NCBI GenBank assembly: GCA_048213135.1
Contig: PS015022.1
Location: forward strand, 333,004-397,003
DNA length: 64,000 bases
Origin: Reclinomonas americana ATCC 50394
Taxonomy: Eukaryota
Direction of reading: 5' to 3'
How positions within the stretch are numbered: the stretch's first letter is position 1; each line of letters opens with the position of its first letter. Position numbers and translations under genes: made by a program. Below, one piece after another: positions 25,148 to 38,512 of this stretch. The notes beneath the pieces were generated by a model. That model was given only the letters and a program-made list of their open reading frames with translations. It had not been told where the DNA came from and did no database searches.

Positions 25148-27198
25148 TCCCTTTCCCTTTCCCTCATCTTTCCCTTTCCCTTTCCCTCGTCTCTCCCTTC
25201 TCACACACACCTTGCCGCGCTTGCCGTTCTTGTACTCGACCCAAAAATGAAAGGCGCGCGGGAAACGCTTCTCCTGCTCGACGGCGTCCCACTTGTGGCC
25301 AATCACCTTGTACTTGAAGCACCGCTCGAATGCCACCTCCACCTCCTCGGTGTCGGGTGGGAAGTCGGGATTCTCCAGCACCAGCTCCTCATCCGCCGGA
25401 CGACGCGGCGTCTGCACCGGCGTTCCCGCCTCGCTGTCGTCATTGCGCGGCAGAATCGGCGTCTTTTCCTGCAAATTGCGCAAACACAACTCATGTCAGC
25501 GCACGCATCCATGAAATAAACACAAGTGCGACGCAACGCCAGCGGCGTCGGCGGGATCAGGCAGCCAACCGGGGTTCTCATGGCGGAGAGCGTAGAATGA
25601 GCAGCCGAGGGTCTTGCGCGCGTGCTGCAGGGCAAACATGAGGCATTCGTGCAGCTGTCCAGGGTCGGTGTACATGTCGGCCACGATAATGTTCTCCTTG
25701 TTCTTGACCAGCAGCGGGTACAGGCCGAGATTCTCAATGTGGCCACCGTCGGAGAGGTAGACGCGGTCGGGCATGTGGCGATTGGTCTCCACAATGCCGA
25801 GTGAGTTGCGGAAGCTGTCGTACACCGACGGCATGAGCCACCACCACCGACGCATCATGCGACGCGCCCACGGCGAGTCCACGTGCGGCAGCGTGCCCAT
25901 GCCCACCGCGAAAAGGCCGAGAATGCCAAACACAGTGTAGGCCAACCAGTGCACGTTGTAGATGGAAATGACGAGCACGGAGGCGCACACGGCAATGTGC
26001 AGAATCAGTGGCACGGCACGAATCCACAGTGGCGGGCTCGGTGTGGTCGGCTGCCAGCGGCCCATCGACAGACCGGAGAGCGTGAGAGCCAGGGAGGCGC
26101 GATCGCCACCGGGAGTGCCCAGACGGCCCATCGAGTTGGCAATGGCGGCGCCCGATGTGGCCATGACCTGCGACCAAGCATCAGTCAATATGCAGAGAGG
26201 GCGCAACAAGGAAGATCGAGAACAGCTTCTTGCTACATGCAAAGAAGAAGGTCCTCGGCAAGCACGGGGAGTGTGATGTCTTCCTCAGCCACCATTCGTG
26301 CCTCCTCCACCCTTCTCGCAGAGAGCGAGATCGAGGACTGCGATGTCTGCCTCTTTCCCTCCCAGTGTCTATCACGCTCATTCAATCACTCTCCTCTCCA
26401 TTTCAGTGTGTTCCTCTTCCATCTTCCTCGGCAAGTGAGGTGAACCTCAAATCACTTTCGGCACCCTTTGAGAGCCGTCTCTCGACGAAAACAGACTACG
26501 GAGAGTTGTGCTATCTGCCACTATCAATCTTTTGCTCCCTCTCGTACCTGCAGTGCATTCTTCCCCAATCACTCTTCACTTAAACTAACATTCTCATCTT
26601 CACAGGGAGAAAGTGTCTAGCTGTCATGTCTGCCTCCTACACACTCCTCATCTTCACGTACCATCACGAGAGCTGCACATACCACGATGAGATTGTCCCC
26701 ACACGATTTTATCCCTCCTCTCTCTCTCTCTCACGCACGCAGATACACATATTTCGCTCTCTTGTTTCTCGTTCATCCTATCACACTTCTCGTGACCTCT
26801 CTCTCTCTCTCTCTCTCTCTCTCCTCCCTCGTCTCGTACCGTACTACTCCGTCCGTTCGGTCCGTACACGCACGCGCGACGAGTTAGCGCGACCGCCGTC
26901 GACGACGTCGACCGAACGGACACCACGGAANNNNNNNNNNNNNNNNNNNNNNNNNNNNNNNNNNNNNNNNNNNNNNNNNNNNNNNNNNNNNNNNNNNNNN
27001 NNNNNNNNNNNNNNNNNNNNNNNNNNNNNNNNNNNNNNNNNNNNNNNNNNNNNNNNNNNNNNNNNNNNNNNNNNNNNNNNNNNNNNNNNNNNNNNNNNNN
27101 NNNNNTTCCTTCCTTCCTTCCTACCGACCGACCGACCGACGATACTACACTATTCTTCTCTCTCTTCTTCGTTCTACTCTACTCTCACTCTCTCGTCG

Positions 27199-27230
<32 letters not shown>

Positions 27231-29558
27231 CCCTCCCCCCTTTCCCCTATCTCCCCCTTTCCCCCTTCCCCCCTCCCCCTTCCCCTTTGTCCTTCCCTCT
27301 AATCACCTCTGAAATCGTCATCGGGTCCATGGCCTTGGTGGGTTCACCCACATCCGAGTCCGTGGTCTCCTCCCCCCGCCGATTCGGCTCCATCTTGAAC
27401 GTCACCACACGCGCACCAAGACGCGAGCCGAGTGGCTTCGGGCCGCTCTCCACGGTGAACACGGCCCACGGCGGGTCCACCAAGTCGTTGTGACCGAACA
27501 GCTGCGAGCCACCAGTGAGTGACACGGGGCGCGGTGGATAGCGACACAGCCACGACGAACTCTCTCACCTTCCAGTTGTTCACCGTCATCGCCCCAATGT
27601 ATTGAGGCGCCTCCGGAGGCACATCCGCCATGGTGAATCCACCAGAGCGCTGGCAGTTGCCGAAAAAGTGCATGGAGCTTCCCTGCATGCGTGTGTGGAG
27701 AGAAAATCAGAGAATGAAACGGGCAGAAAGTGTCTCGGTGCACACGCAACTCGGTTGCGATAGAAGGAGCGCTGAATGCGCCAGCGGAAGCAGTGATGCA
27801 AGAAGCGCTGCTTGAAGGGTCCGGTGAGCAGCGGATTGAAGGCCAGCAAGAATGTCGACACAATGAGCATGGCCAGCCAGGCGTCATCGTGGTAGGGAAT
27901 CTTGAAGACGGGATGCCGGTACACTCGGTACTCGAGAACCAAGCCAAAAATGAACAGAATCAGTGCCAGACCGGCAAAGCCCTGCATGCGTGCATGCATG
28001 TGAGTGTCGCCGTTTCCTTCACATCACGAGAACGAAGGTAATCACCTTGGCACCGGGAATGGGAATGATGGGGAGCACGCGCAAAATGATAATGACACCA
28101 ATCAAGGCCGCCACAATGCCCTGACTGACCAGCTGGTTGTGCCACTGTGTGCGGCCGCCGAGGAATGCAATCGCCGTCACAATGATTCCCGCCGAGATCA
28201 GAAAGGCCAACGAGGACCAGATTTGCTGCGTGCGGTGCATGTAGCTGCGCGTGTTGCTCGACACCACCATCTGCGCGCCAGTGCGGTCAGCCTCGACACA
28301 CACCCCTTTTCGAACTTGGTGGCGAACGCAACTCCAGAGAGAATGAAGAAAAAGATGGCAATGCCGATTCCAATGCCGACAGTCAGCGCAAAATCCTTCC
28401 AATCGGGACTCGTCAGCACGTCGGCAATGAAGGTCTTGTCGGCAAGCGACACCGCAAATATGCACGCCGGAATCAGTGTCGCCAGCGACAAGACAAACAC
28501 GGTGGTGAAGATGACGGTCATGATGATCGGATCCAGCCACCAGCAGCTGCATGCGGAAAAGTGAGATAAGTACAATCGATTCCAAAGGCATTCGGCGTAC
28601 CGATGATTGCGCTGGCAGTCGCACACGTAGCCGACGTGCTTCTCAAAGTGCTCGAAAAACTCGCGGCCGAGGCGGTCGCGCTTGGCAATCTGCCCCATCT
28701 CCAAGTCCGGCCCCGCATCGACTGCAGCACACACAAGTCAGGCGCGTGCACAGACCGCGAAAAAAAAAAGACAACAAAAAAACGCAACGTGGCACATTGA
28801 TGCGATTGGGTCGCCCCAGCACATGCTGCTGCTCATGATCCGACTCGGTTCCACTCTCCTCCTCGTCGCCATCCTCCTCACCCTCCTCGCCCTCCTCCTC
28901 ATCGCCACTGCTCGAGCCCGACTCACTGCGCTCACTCTCCCCAGCAGCCGCTGCACCATTCCCCTCTCCTCCCGCGCCTCCTCCTCCATTCACCGACGAC
29001 AGTGGCGTCCGCGCACCACGCAAACGCACTCGATCCCCCGCCGCAGCCTCATCCCGCAAGTGCGCTCGAGCTCTTCTCGCACGCTCCTTATGCCGAGCTG
29101 TCAACCACTCCACATAGGCGCTCCCCACGAATCCGCCACCAGACACACACGACAGCGTGTCAATGTCCAGTCCCTCTGCACATCATGAGAGAAGAGACAG
29201 AGACACACACATAGATGAGCACACACATGCATGCACAGTGCGCATCATGTGTGAGACAACTGACCATCAAGTGCACATGCCAACACTCCACTCGCAAACG
29301 AGGCTGCGCGGATGCCTCCTCCCGAGAACGCCAGTGACACAGAGGGTTGTGGGAGAGAGAGTGGCGACACAGACAAGTCGCCCTCAGGTGGAGGTGCCTG
29401 AAACAATCTAATGAGGAATCGATGCACGCGCGTGACTGTGAGAGACAACACACACGCACTGCTGAGGAGGAGGCAGTCTCGTGGGTGAGTGCAGGTCGTG
29501 GAGGCAACAGGCGAGTGGAGTTGGCCACTGCTGCAGAGGCAGAAGGTGCGCGTCTCAT
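24340..29558 (-). CDS. Patatin/cPLA2-like phospholipase with internal TM segments; multi-exon, spans a gap
   Basis: LAFSGGGIRAASF, SGGGFVGS, MATSGAA, LSDGGHIENLG and FPKHGTINQCF..FRAYHENG motifs. The start codon is less certain. Confidence 0.82.
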
Positions 29559-29714
29559 TGCACACACTCACACACACACACACGCACACTCTCTCTGTGT
29601 GATGCCACGCACTCGCTCACTCTCTCACACACAGACAAGCACGCGCGCGAAAACGATTGCAACGAAGGACAGGTGTCCTCTCACTCTCTCTGTCTCTGTC
29701 TCTGTGCGCGCGCA

Positions 29715-30217
29715 ATGCAGACTCTCGACTGGTTCCTCATGTCACTGACGAGTCAGTGCATCACTGTGCAACTGAAGAACTCCACCATTGTCACGGGCTT
29801 TGTCGCAGAGGTGTCAGAGCATGGAAAGTTGAGTCACACTCACTCACTCTCCGCTCTTCTCCAGCTGCTCATTGCGCTGCGCATAGCATTGTGTTGGAGA
29901 CTGTCGAGTGTACAACTGCACTGGTGAGTGTTTGCTTTGCTCTCTTTCTCCACTCTTGTTGTTCACAATGACAAAAAGGGCAAGAGCGAGTCACTGGCGG
30001 AGCTCAACATCGCCGGTCGTTCCATTCTCAATGTCATTCTGCCGCACCCGTTCGATCACGATGTGGCCTATGGCGAATTTGTTACGCACCTTTTCTGTCT
30101 TTGGTCGATGAATTCGCTGTTATTCTTATAGAGGAGCGATAGGTGAAACGCATGGTGCGAGCTCGTGCCTCGGGTCGGAAGAAGCTACCGGCGGGAAAGC
30201 GCGCCAAACGAGCGTAA
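29715..30217 (+). CDS. Divergent Sm-fold protein, SmD1/LSm10-like; 4 exons
   Basis: MQTLDWFLMSLTSQCITVQLKNSTIVTGFVAEVSEHGN|IVLETV..|GKSESLAELNIAGRSILNVILP, giving Sm1 and Sm2 motifs, then a basic tail. Confidence 0.8.
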
Positions 30218-30231
30218 CAAACAATGCTGTT

Positions 30232-33182
30232 TCATTGCCAGTGCTGGGCGCAGCTTTGCACGTCGTCGTTCTGCTTGCGGAATAGGTCGTCGAAATCGGT
30301 GTGTTGAGGCAGAGTGCGCTGCGCGGGGCCGTGGGCGCGGTGACCGGCGAGTGTGGGCACGGCCAGGTAGGTTGGTGGTAGGGCGCGCACGATGCTCTGC
30401 TGGTAGAAGCCTCGGGTGTCGAGCAGGCGGATCTGGAGCATGGCGGCCAGACGGCCGAACCACACATCGGCCGCGTCGTGCTCCTGCGTGGACCACCAGT
30501 GAATAAACCCACGAATGCTGCACGTGCGCCTGCTCTTTTGTCTCACCTGCATCTGGCAGCCGAGATAGTCGTGGCGCACACAAAACAGGGCGATGCGCTC
30601 CACGGCTCCGCGACTCAGCAAGTACTGCGGAGTGGGTCAGTGAGGAGAGGATGTCGAGCGGTGCGTGCCGACACGCCACGCAACTCCCGCTCCACCCGTC
30701 GTGTAGCCGTGCCCGATGCCCGAGTCGTACTGCTGACCCACCATTAGTGGTTCGGTCTCGTCAAAGCCGGCGAGCAGTTGCAACAGTGCCGGCATGTTGA
30801 AGGCCGAGTCGCTGTCGGCCAACAGATACCACTGCGCGGAAGAGTGAGTTAGAACTCAGATCGATCCTTCACATCAGGGTTCAAGAATGGCACCTTTTTC
30901 GGTTCAGCCAGTGGCTCGGCGTCCTCGGTACCGAAGCAATTCTTGGCATTCTTGCGGCCGACAATGGTCGTGCGGATGAGATACCAGAGACCCATGCGGA
31001 ACTTTTTCTGTGCCTCCACACGGCCGCTGTGCACGGTTGGAATCCACAGCACCTCACATGTCGTCGTCGCGTCGGTCGCCGTAGATCCTCCTGCCTTGCC
31101 GACTGCAGCTGGTGGCAGGGCGCTCTTGTCGACCTCCAACTGGTGGTGGAATGAGTGCACCGCACAACAGGTATGGTAGGTCAAGGGCATGACACAAACC
31201 TCCGAAGCGCAAAGGGTAATGAGGGGATACTCGTTCTCCTGCTGCTTACGCCACGTGACACGCCTTCGCAAACACCGGCTCAGCTCCTTGCCGAGATCGG
31301 CAGAGGCACGACGGTCGCGTGAGTCCTTCTTGGGCACCGGGAAAATGTCTTCCATGACAAACACCACGTGATGCAGCTCACGGGAGCCCCAGCCCGACAG
31401 AATCACATCGGCCTGATCCAGCGTCGAGTGTGACGTCACGACCACCACCGCCAGGTCGTTCACCTCCAATCGCTTCTCCCATGTGTGCACCGCCTCTGCA
31501 GGTACCTGGAGATGGGAGACAGTGAGAGGTTGAGTGGATTCTAGGGGAAGGATGAACGGCTGTTGTGCCAGCACGCAACCTCGCGACCCGCCAGCTTGTA
31601 CATCATCGGTGCAGGGACCTCGCGCATCGAGTACACCTCGTCCATCTTGGCGCGGATCGAGTACAAGAGGGCTGCAAAGACAGAGACCACATCAGTGCGA
31701 TGCTCCAGTCGTGGAAAAATAGACTACGGTACCTGGTGGGCGGCACAGCTCGGGAAGCACCACACCAAAGCCGGGCAGATTCACAAACGGAACCTCCAGA
31801 GTGAGCAAGCACCCACCATACCGCACATCGTTCAGACCGTACGGTGTGCACAACGGGAACGGCATGGGACCGTAGCCGCCGTTGCCGTATCGCTGCTGCA
31901 CTTGCGGAAGAGTGTACGTGCTGGCGTACTCCAGCGTGTCGAAATTGGTCAGGAAGCCTCCAGACACCATGCCCACCTGCACCACGATCCACATTCAGAA
32001 GCCATGCAGAGCGATACGAAGAGCACGTGGCGCGCCGAACCATCTTGTTCACAGGAATGCCGACCTTGTCGGGCACGGTGAACACAATGCCTGCGACGAG
32101 AATGATGACGAGAGAACACACAGCGCATCATGCGTCGCCGCGACTGCGCACCTGTGCCACCGTAGAACATCACATCGCGTTCCTTGTTGCGCAACAGCTC
32201 GTACACACGCTCCACGTTGACGTAGGTGTCGTCGGTGCAAATCAGCACCCACTCGAATCGCTTATCCTGCACGCTCTCTGTGAGACGAAAAGCATCGCTC
32301 CCCTCCTCACGCCCCCACCCACCCACCTCCATGCGTATTCTATCGATAAACTTGAACACATTCCACAGCTCCTCTCCCGAGAACAGCAACGGCACCGTGG
32401 CTCCCCACGTGTCACGAATGGCCGTCCGTCGCGTCGCATGCTTCGCACCCGCACCCGACATGACAGCCACCAACAATCGCGTCGCTCTTGGCTACCACGC
32501 ACGCGCACACGGTAAGAAGAAGAAGAAGAAGGAGGAGGAGGAGGAGAAGATGCAGGAGAAGGAGAAGGAGGAGGAGGAAGAGAAGAAGAAGAAGAAGAAG
32601 AAGAAGAAGAAGAAGAAGAAGAAGGAGAAGAAGGAGGAGAAGAAGAAGAAGATGAAAACCGAGGACAAGAACTAGAAGGATGAGGAGAAGCAGCAGCAGC
32701 AAGAGGCCAAACCTTGTCGATCTTCGGCATCTCGACCTCGAACTTTGGCACTGGCGGTCGCTTGAGTGAATCCAACGACGGCAACTCATCATCGCTCGAC
32801 GCGCCTTCCTTCCCATTCGCTGCTGCTATCACTGCTGCTGTCGCTGCTGATGCGCCAGAGTCACCAGTCACGCGACTCTTCCCCGGCGACGATGGTCTCT
32901 TCGACGATCCATCCACTGCACCGAATGAGCCACGCGAGGAGACAAGAAGAAGACACTGCGCTCATACCTTGCACAGCAGTTGGTGGCGATGGCGCCGATC
33001 CAAACGCCATGGAGAACGCAATCTGCATGCAACCACATACATCGATGAAAACCACAGCAAATCGACATAATAACAACACAGACGCGCGCGCGCGCAACGA
33101 ATCCAATGCTGAGCAGCACCACTGTGCCCAGACACGCGCGGATGACCAGCGATGAGGAGACTCCACGCGTGAGTGATTGCAT
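30232..33182 (-). CDS. Type II membrane glycosyltransferase with two GT31 (galactosyltransferase/Fringe-like) domains; multi-exon
   Basis: N-terminal TM segment; RRTAIRDTWG and WVLICTDDTYVNV in domain 1; WYLLADSDSAFN..EPLMVG..YTTGGAGVA and ADVWFG in domain 2. Confidence 0.8.
32513..32690. repeat. Intronic (GAA/GAG)n trinucleotide microsatellite
   Basis: Near-pure purine triplet run inside an intron of the glycosyltransferase gene. Confidence 0.9.
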
Positions 33183-33202
33183 CGATGAGAAGGACAGTGG
33201 AC

Positions 33203-33277
33203 AACCGTGCTCGCTCGTGTGATCGTTGTGTGACGCAGAGGAGAGAACCGTGCTCGCTCGTGTGATCGTTGTGTGAC

Positions 33278-33283
<6 letters not shown>
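33203..33283. repeat. Two exact copies of a 38-bp direct repeat (period 43)
   Basis: aaccgtgctcgctcgtgtgatcgttgtgtgacgcagag at 33203 and 33246. Confidence 0.9.
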
Positions 33284-33375
<92 letters not shown>

Positions 33376-34330
33376 TAGGTAGGTAGGTAGGTACGGTACG
33401 GTAACGGTACGGTACGGGTAACGGGTACGGTACGGGTACGGGTACGGTACGGTACGGTACGGTACGGTACGGTACGGTANNNNNNNNNNNNNNNNNNNNN
33501 NNNNNNNNNNNNNNNNNNNNNNNNNNNNNNNNNNNNNNNNNNNNNNNNNNNNNNNNNNNNNNNNNNNNNNNNNNNNNNNNNNNNNNNNNNNNNNNNNNNN
33601 NNNNNNNNNNNNNNNNNNNNNNNNNNNNNNNNNNNNNNNNNNNNNNNNNNNNNNNNNNNNNNNNNNNNNNNNNNNNNNNNNNNNNNNNNNNNNNNNNNNN
33701 NNNNNNNNNNNNNNNNNNNNNNNNNNNNNNNNNNNNNNNNNNNNNNNNNNNNNNNNNNNNNNNNNNNNNNNNNNNNNNNNNNNNNNNNNNNNNNNNNNNN
33801 NNNNNNNNNNNNNNNNNNNNNNNNNNNNNNNNNNNNNNNNNNNNNNNNNNNNNNNNNNNNNNNNNNNNNNNNNNNNNNNNNNNNNNNNNNNNNNNNNNNN
33901 NNNNNNNNNNNNNNNNNNNNNNNNNNNNNNNNNNNNNNNNNNNNNNNNNNNNNNNNNNNNNNNNNNNNNNNNNNNNNNNNNNNNNNNNNNNNNNNNNNNN
34001 NNNNNNNNNNNNNNNNNNNNNNNNNNNNNNNNNNNNNNNNNNNNNNNNNNNNNNNNNNNNNNNNNNNNNNNNNNNNNNNNNNNNNNNNNNNNNNNNNNNN
34101 NNNNNNNNNNNNNNNNNNNNNNNNNNNNNNNNNNNNNNNNNNNNNNNNNNNNNNNNNNNNNNNNNNNNNNNNNNNNNNNNNNNNNNNNNNNNNNNNNNNN
34201 NNNNNNNNNNNCGACGGTACCGTACCGTACCGTACGTACGTACGTACGTACGTACGTACGTACGTACGTACGTACGGTACGGTACGGACGACGACGCGAG
34301 AGGGAGGGAGCGAGAGAGAGAGAGAGAGAG

Positions 34331-34956
34331 ATGGAAGACGGTGTTGATGCGGGTGGTTCTGGGACCTCTGGAGATGCGGGCGCAAGTGCGTCAGCGACCG
34401 GGTTCATTGACTTGCAGATGAGAGCGTCGATCATCCGCGACAAGCAGCAGCGGATACGAGAGGTGTTCAAGGTGTTTGATCGCGAGAACAAGGGCGTGTG
34501 TGAGGAGCGGTGAGTGCTGTCTGTATGTCTGTCTTTGGCGCGCGCGCGCACAGTCACCGCTCATTGCGTTTGCGTGACAGTGAAATCCCCACAATCATCT
34601 TTGCGCTGGGACTGAACCCGTCGCTGGAGCAACTGCAAAAGATCATTGAGGACATCAAGGAGGACGAGCCGACGAACTCGGTCGAGTATGAGAAGCTGGA
34701 GCGTGTGTTGCTGATGGTGCTGCAAGGCGAAGTCACACGACGCGACTCGGAGGACACGATTCTGCGCGCGTTCCAGGCCCTCGACACGGAGAAGAAGGGC
34801 TACTTGTCGGAGGACGAGCTGCGGCATTACATGCTCAACTTTGGCGAGGCCTTCACCGAGGACGAGCTCGATATGTTTCTCGGGTCGGCGCTCGACCCGG
34901 AGACAAGGCAGGTCAATTATGTCGAATATGCCGCCATTCTCAGCCTCGATCGGTGA
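34331..34956 (+). CDS. EFCAB2: EF-hand protein, dynein regulatory complex subunit 8; 2 exons
   Basis: RIREVFKVFD..REIPTII.ALG, EDEPT, EDTILRAFQALD..KKGYL, GEAFTEDE..FL.SALDPET..VNY match the EFCAB2/DRC8 pattern. GTGAGT..CAG intron at about 34510-34580. Confidence 0.85.
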
Positions 34957-35190
34957 AACGGCGAGCGCGCGGGGAGACAGAGAGAGGCAAAGGCTCAATG
35001 AATCACAGCATTGCTCTTGTACACACACCAAGCTGGCGCAAACAACATGCACAGTTGTCCTGTCCGCGATCTGACAATCGTTCATTGTTGAGACGCGAAA
35101 GAGAGAGAGAGAGAGAGAAAGCCACGCGCGTGTTGGTTACTACTGCAAAGACAGCGTAGAGTCCACTGTAGAGAGATAGAAGAGAGAGAA

Positions 35191-36548
35191 ATGTCGACTA
35201 GTGGAGCAAATTATGTGTCACTGACACCTGACGGAGGCATGCGGAAACGACTGGAGTTGACTGGCATTGGTGCACGACCATCTCCGCGTTCACAAGTCAC
35301 TGGTGTGGAGAGGCACAGTGTGTGTGTCTCAGAGAGATGTGTGTATTTCCGCGTTGTGAAAGGCTGACAACACCCTTCTCTCTCGCTCTCAGTGCGCATC
35401 GATGCACGCGCAGTGAACTTTCCCAAGATGCTGCTGTTGAACTTTGATGAGCCACTGGAGAGAATGTTGGGCTCGGCAAGTTGCGCGTTGGAGTTGTTTG
35501 GAGTCAACAAGAAGGTTCGGATTGCTCATTTGCTTGTTTGTGTAAAAACAGCACCGGGGCCCACGGGTTGGTTTGCGGCATTGGACACGGCGATACGTAC
35601 GATGCGGCTGGGAGAACGAGCGTACTTTCTCATTGCGCCCAAGTATGCTTTCAGTGACAAGGGCTTGGTGCATCCACCTACGAAATTCGGTGTGTATGTG
35701 TGTGGCTTGTCTTTTGTGGCTGTTGGCTGTGGCTGATGTGCGGCTGTGACAGGGACGATGTTGGTGCCGAAGAACTCACCAATCGAGGTGCAAATGGCAC
35801 TGTCGGCCATTGATGGGGTGACGAGTGATGAGCTGCGAGCGATGCTGGCGGTGCGCCCTACACCTTCTCCTCTGTCTTCCACCGCACCGCCAGAGCTGAC
35901 CGCTTGCTGCACAGACCGGCAATATGGTGGAGGAGGCGAGCCGAGCAAAGGGCGAGTGAATGTGGCTGTTGCTGCTCGTTGTATGTAGACGCTGACTGTG
36001 GTGGTGCGCAGAGCGAGGCAACGAATTCTTCCGACGCAACACCGCCGATGATCTCGAGCGGGCACGCCGCGAGTACACACTGGTGCGTCGCGTCCACTCG
36101 CGGCAACGCCCTCGTGTGACTCACGTCTCTCCGTTGCACAGGCATCACATTGTGCGTTTGCTGCCGACGACACGGAGCTTATGATTGTCGCGCTGTTGAA
36201 TCTGGCTGCGACACACATTCGACTGAAGGAGTCCATTGCGGCGGTGGATCGATGTGAGCAGGTGTGCATGCACGATTGTGATGGAGAATATGTGTGTTCG
36301 ACTGCTGACTCGTAAAGGGGCAGGTGCTTCGGATCGATCCCAACAATGTGAAGGCGCTGTTCCGCCTCGGACAAGCGTATGCGCTGCAAAAGGATTTTGA
36401 GCCCGCCGTACATTCACTGACGCGGGCATGCGAACTGGAGCCCTCCAATGCACCTGTGCAGGCCGAGCTGCAACGAGTGCAAGCGCAGCGGCAACTAATG
36501 CGCGACAAGGAAAAGGCGGCGTTCTCGAGAATGTTCTCGGACGACTGA
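35191..36548 (+). CDS. FKBP-type peptidyl-prolyl isomerase-like protein with C-terminal TPR domain; multi-exon
   Basis: LTPDGGMRKR..G.GARP, TMRLGERAYFLIAPKYAF, VPKNS, GNEFFR, LNLAA, DPNNVKALFRLGQA, EKAAFSRMF. Confidence 0.88.
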
Positions 36549-36644
36549 CCCGGCGCCCAGCTTCTTGCGCGGAGGTGACCGACTCGACACTATTGAAGCC
36601 GTGAACAACATGACGAGACCACTACATTATGTTTTGAGAGAGAT

Positions 36645-38452
36645 CTATTTCAGAAACGGGGGAGGCGGTAATGGAGTCCACGGCTGCGGTCGAGGTGCGA
36701 TTGCTGGCGGTGCAGGTGGTGGCGGTGGTGGTGGCGGCGGTGGTGACTGCATACCAAAGGGCGCGGCGACGTAGCCGAAGCCTGCTGGCGCAGTCGGAAA
36801 CGCAGCCGCTGGATTGGTATAATACACAGGAGGCGATTGCACGTGGCCGACATTGGCTGGCAGGTGCGTCGGCGGCAACAACAGGGAGGCTGGGAGACCA
36901 ACGAGAGTGAGCGACCGGGGTGAAAGTTAGTGCATGTGAGATTACGTAACCTCCAGTTGGATTCTCGGTAAACACGGGGGCAGGATTGGCGTGGCTCAGG
37001 TACTGCGTGTAGCCCGGCGGTCTCCGCAGCGGTGTGTATCCGTCGCCCGCAGCAGCCGACGGCACCGCAGGCACTTGTGCGCCACCGCGGCCACCGCGAC
37101 CTCGTCCTCGACCACCACGTCCACCACGACCTTCGCCTCCCGCACGCTCACCCTGCGCCTGCTGTCTCTTCGAGCTGCACACAATCATTCAGTCTCATGA
37201 CGAGAGTCAATCATCATCTCGTGCACACGGAGATCACTCACCGCGCCGCCTGCTTCTTCAAGCTCTTCGCCGCCGCCTCCTCCTCGTCGTCGCTATACTC
37301 GACCACATCGGGTGGTGGTTCGTCGTCGTTGAGCCACGAGGCATCGGTGCCGCGGTCCTTGCGCATGCGCGCCTCGGCCAAATACTGCGTCCGTTGTGGG
37401 CAGTGGAAGACCGCGGCCCCCGCGCTGCGTGCGAGAATGAGAGGTGCAGTTCCACATACAGGTCATGGTACGTGCACACACACACCTGGCGGCCGCCGGA
37501 ATGTCCTCTGCCGTGTTGTACCGCAGCGCATACAGCGGTCTCTGCACCGGTCCAAACACCTCAAACACCTTTCCGACGACGCGCCGATCCGCCGTGAACA
37601 GCAAGCTATCCTCGTCGGCAATCGCCGCATCAAACGCACTCTGCACCACCAGCACATTATTCATGCGCGACAACACCATGCCGAGCGGCTTCAGCTCCTC
37701 ATCGTCGCGCAGCGTAATATCCGGGATCTCCACGGGCGGAAGCGCCGCCGTGTCCAGGGACGTGCCTCGCACCCCAGAACCCGCATTCGCGTCGTCCTCC
37801 TCGTCCTCGGCCAGGTTATACGCCATCCCACTCATGTCGAGCTCCAAGTCCGAGTCATCATCGTCATCATCATCGTCGTCGTCTTCATGCAGGTCGACTG
37901 ATGCCTTCTTTTCGTCGCCGGTGCTACTGGCGACGGTTTGCACAACGGGCACATGACGTGGCTCAACCGCCACTGGCGCCACAATGTTTCTCGACTGCCG
38001 CAATGCTGCTTCTGCATCGTCAATCAGTTGATCGCTGCCAACAACTTCGCCATCATCTTCGTCCTCCTCGTCGCTGTCATCATCATCACTGGACGACGAA
38101 GACGATGAGGAGGAAGAGGATGATGATGGCGAGGATGCAGAGTCGACGGGAGCTGGGGCCACCTCTGCGTGGTCGTTGTGAGTGCTATGTGCAGATGCAC
38201 ATGGCCTGCAACACAGAAGCGCGTACCACTCTCATCGATCGCAGCGGGGGCATCCATCGCGGGAGGTGGAGCGGGTTGCATCGACGAGTCGCCGTCGACA
38301 TCGACCACAGCAGCAGGGGCTGGAGTGGGAGCAGAGGGAGGCGACGTCGCTGTCTGATCAACTTCATCGACCTCTGCGAACGCGCACAGACGCACAGCGT
38401 GTAAGCTTTCACTGATGATCGCATCAGTGGGCTGCACGCGCTTCTCACCCAT
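36645..38452 (-). CDS. NAF1: H/ACA RNP assembly factor NAF1; multi-exon
   Basis: Acidic Ser-rich N-terminus, Gar1/Naf1 core VGKVFEVFGPVQRPLYALR, GTDASWLNDDE..EYSDDEEE, Pro-rich tail. Confidence 0.9.
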
Positions 38453-38512
38453 CGCAATCACACACGTCGTTCTTTGAGAGTGTCATGCGGGACACTCAGC
38501 GCAACGTTCGAA

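Noticed and set aside
30130-30217. Apparent in-frame TAG in the last exon of the Sm-like gene, suggesting stop-codon reassignment
   Set aside because: An in-frame GT-AG intron ending at that TAG removes it. The conserved exons I translated have no internal TAG, and several genes end in TAG.
33203-33283. Possible CRISPR-like repeat
   Set aside because: Two copies separated by 5 nt, with no spacers and no cas genes, in eukaryotic DNA.
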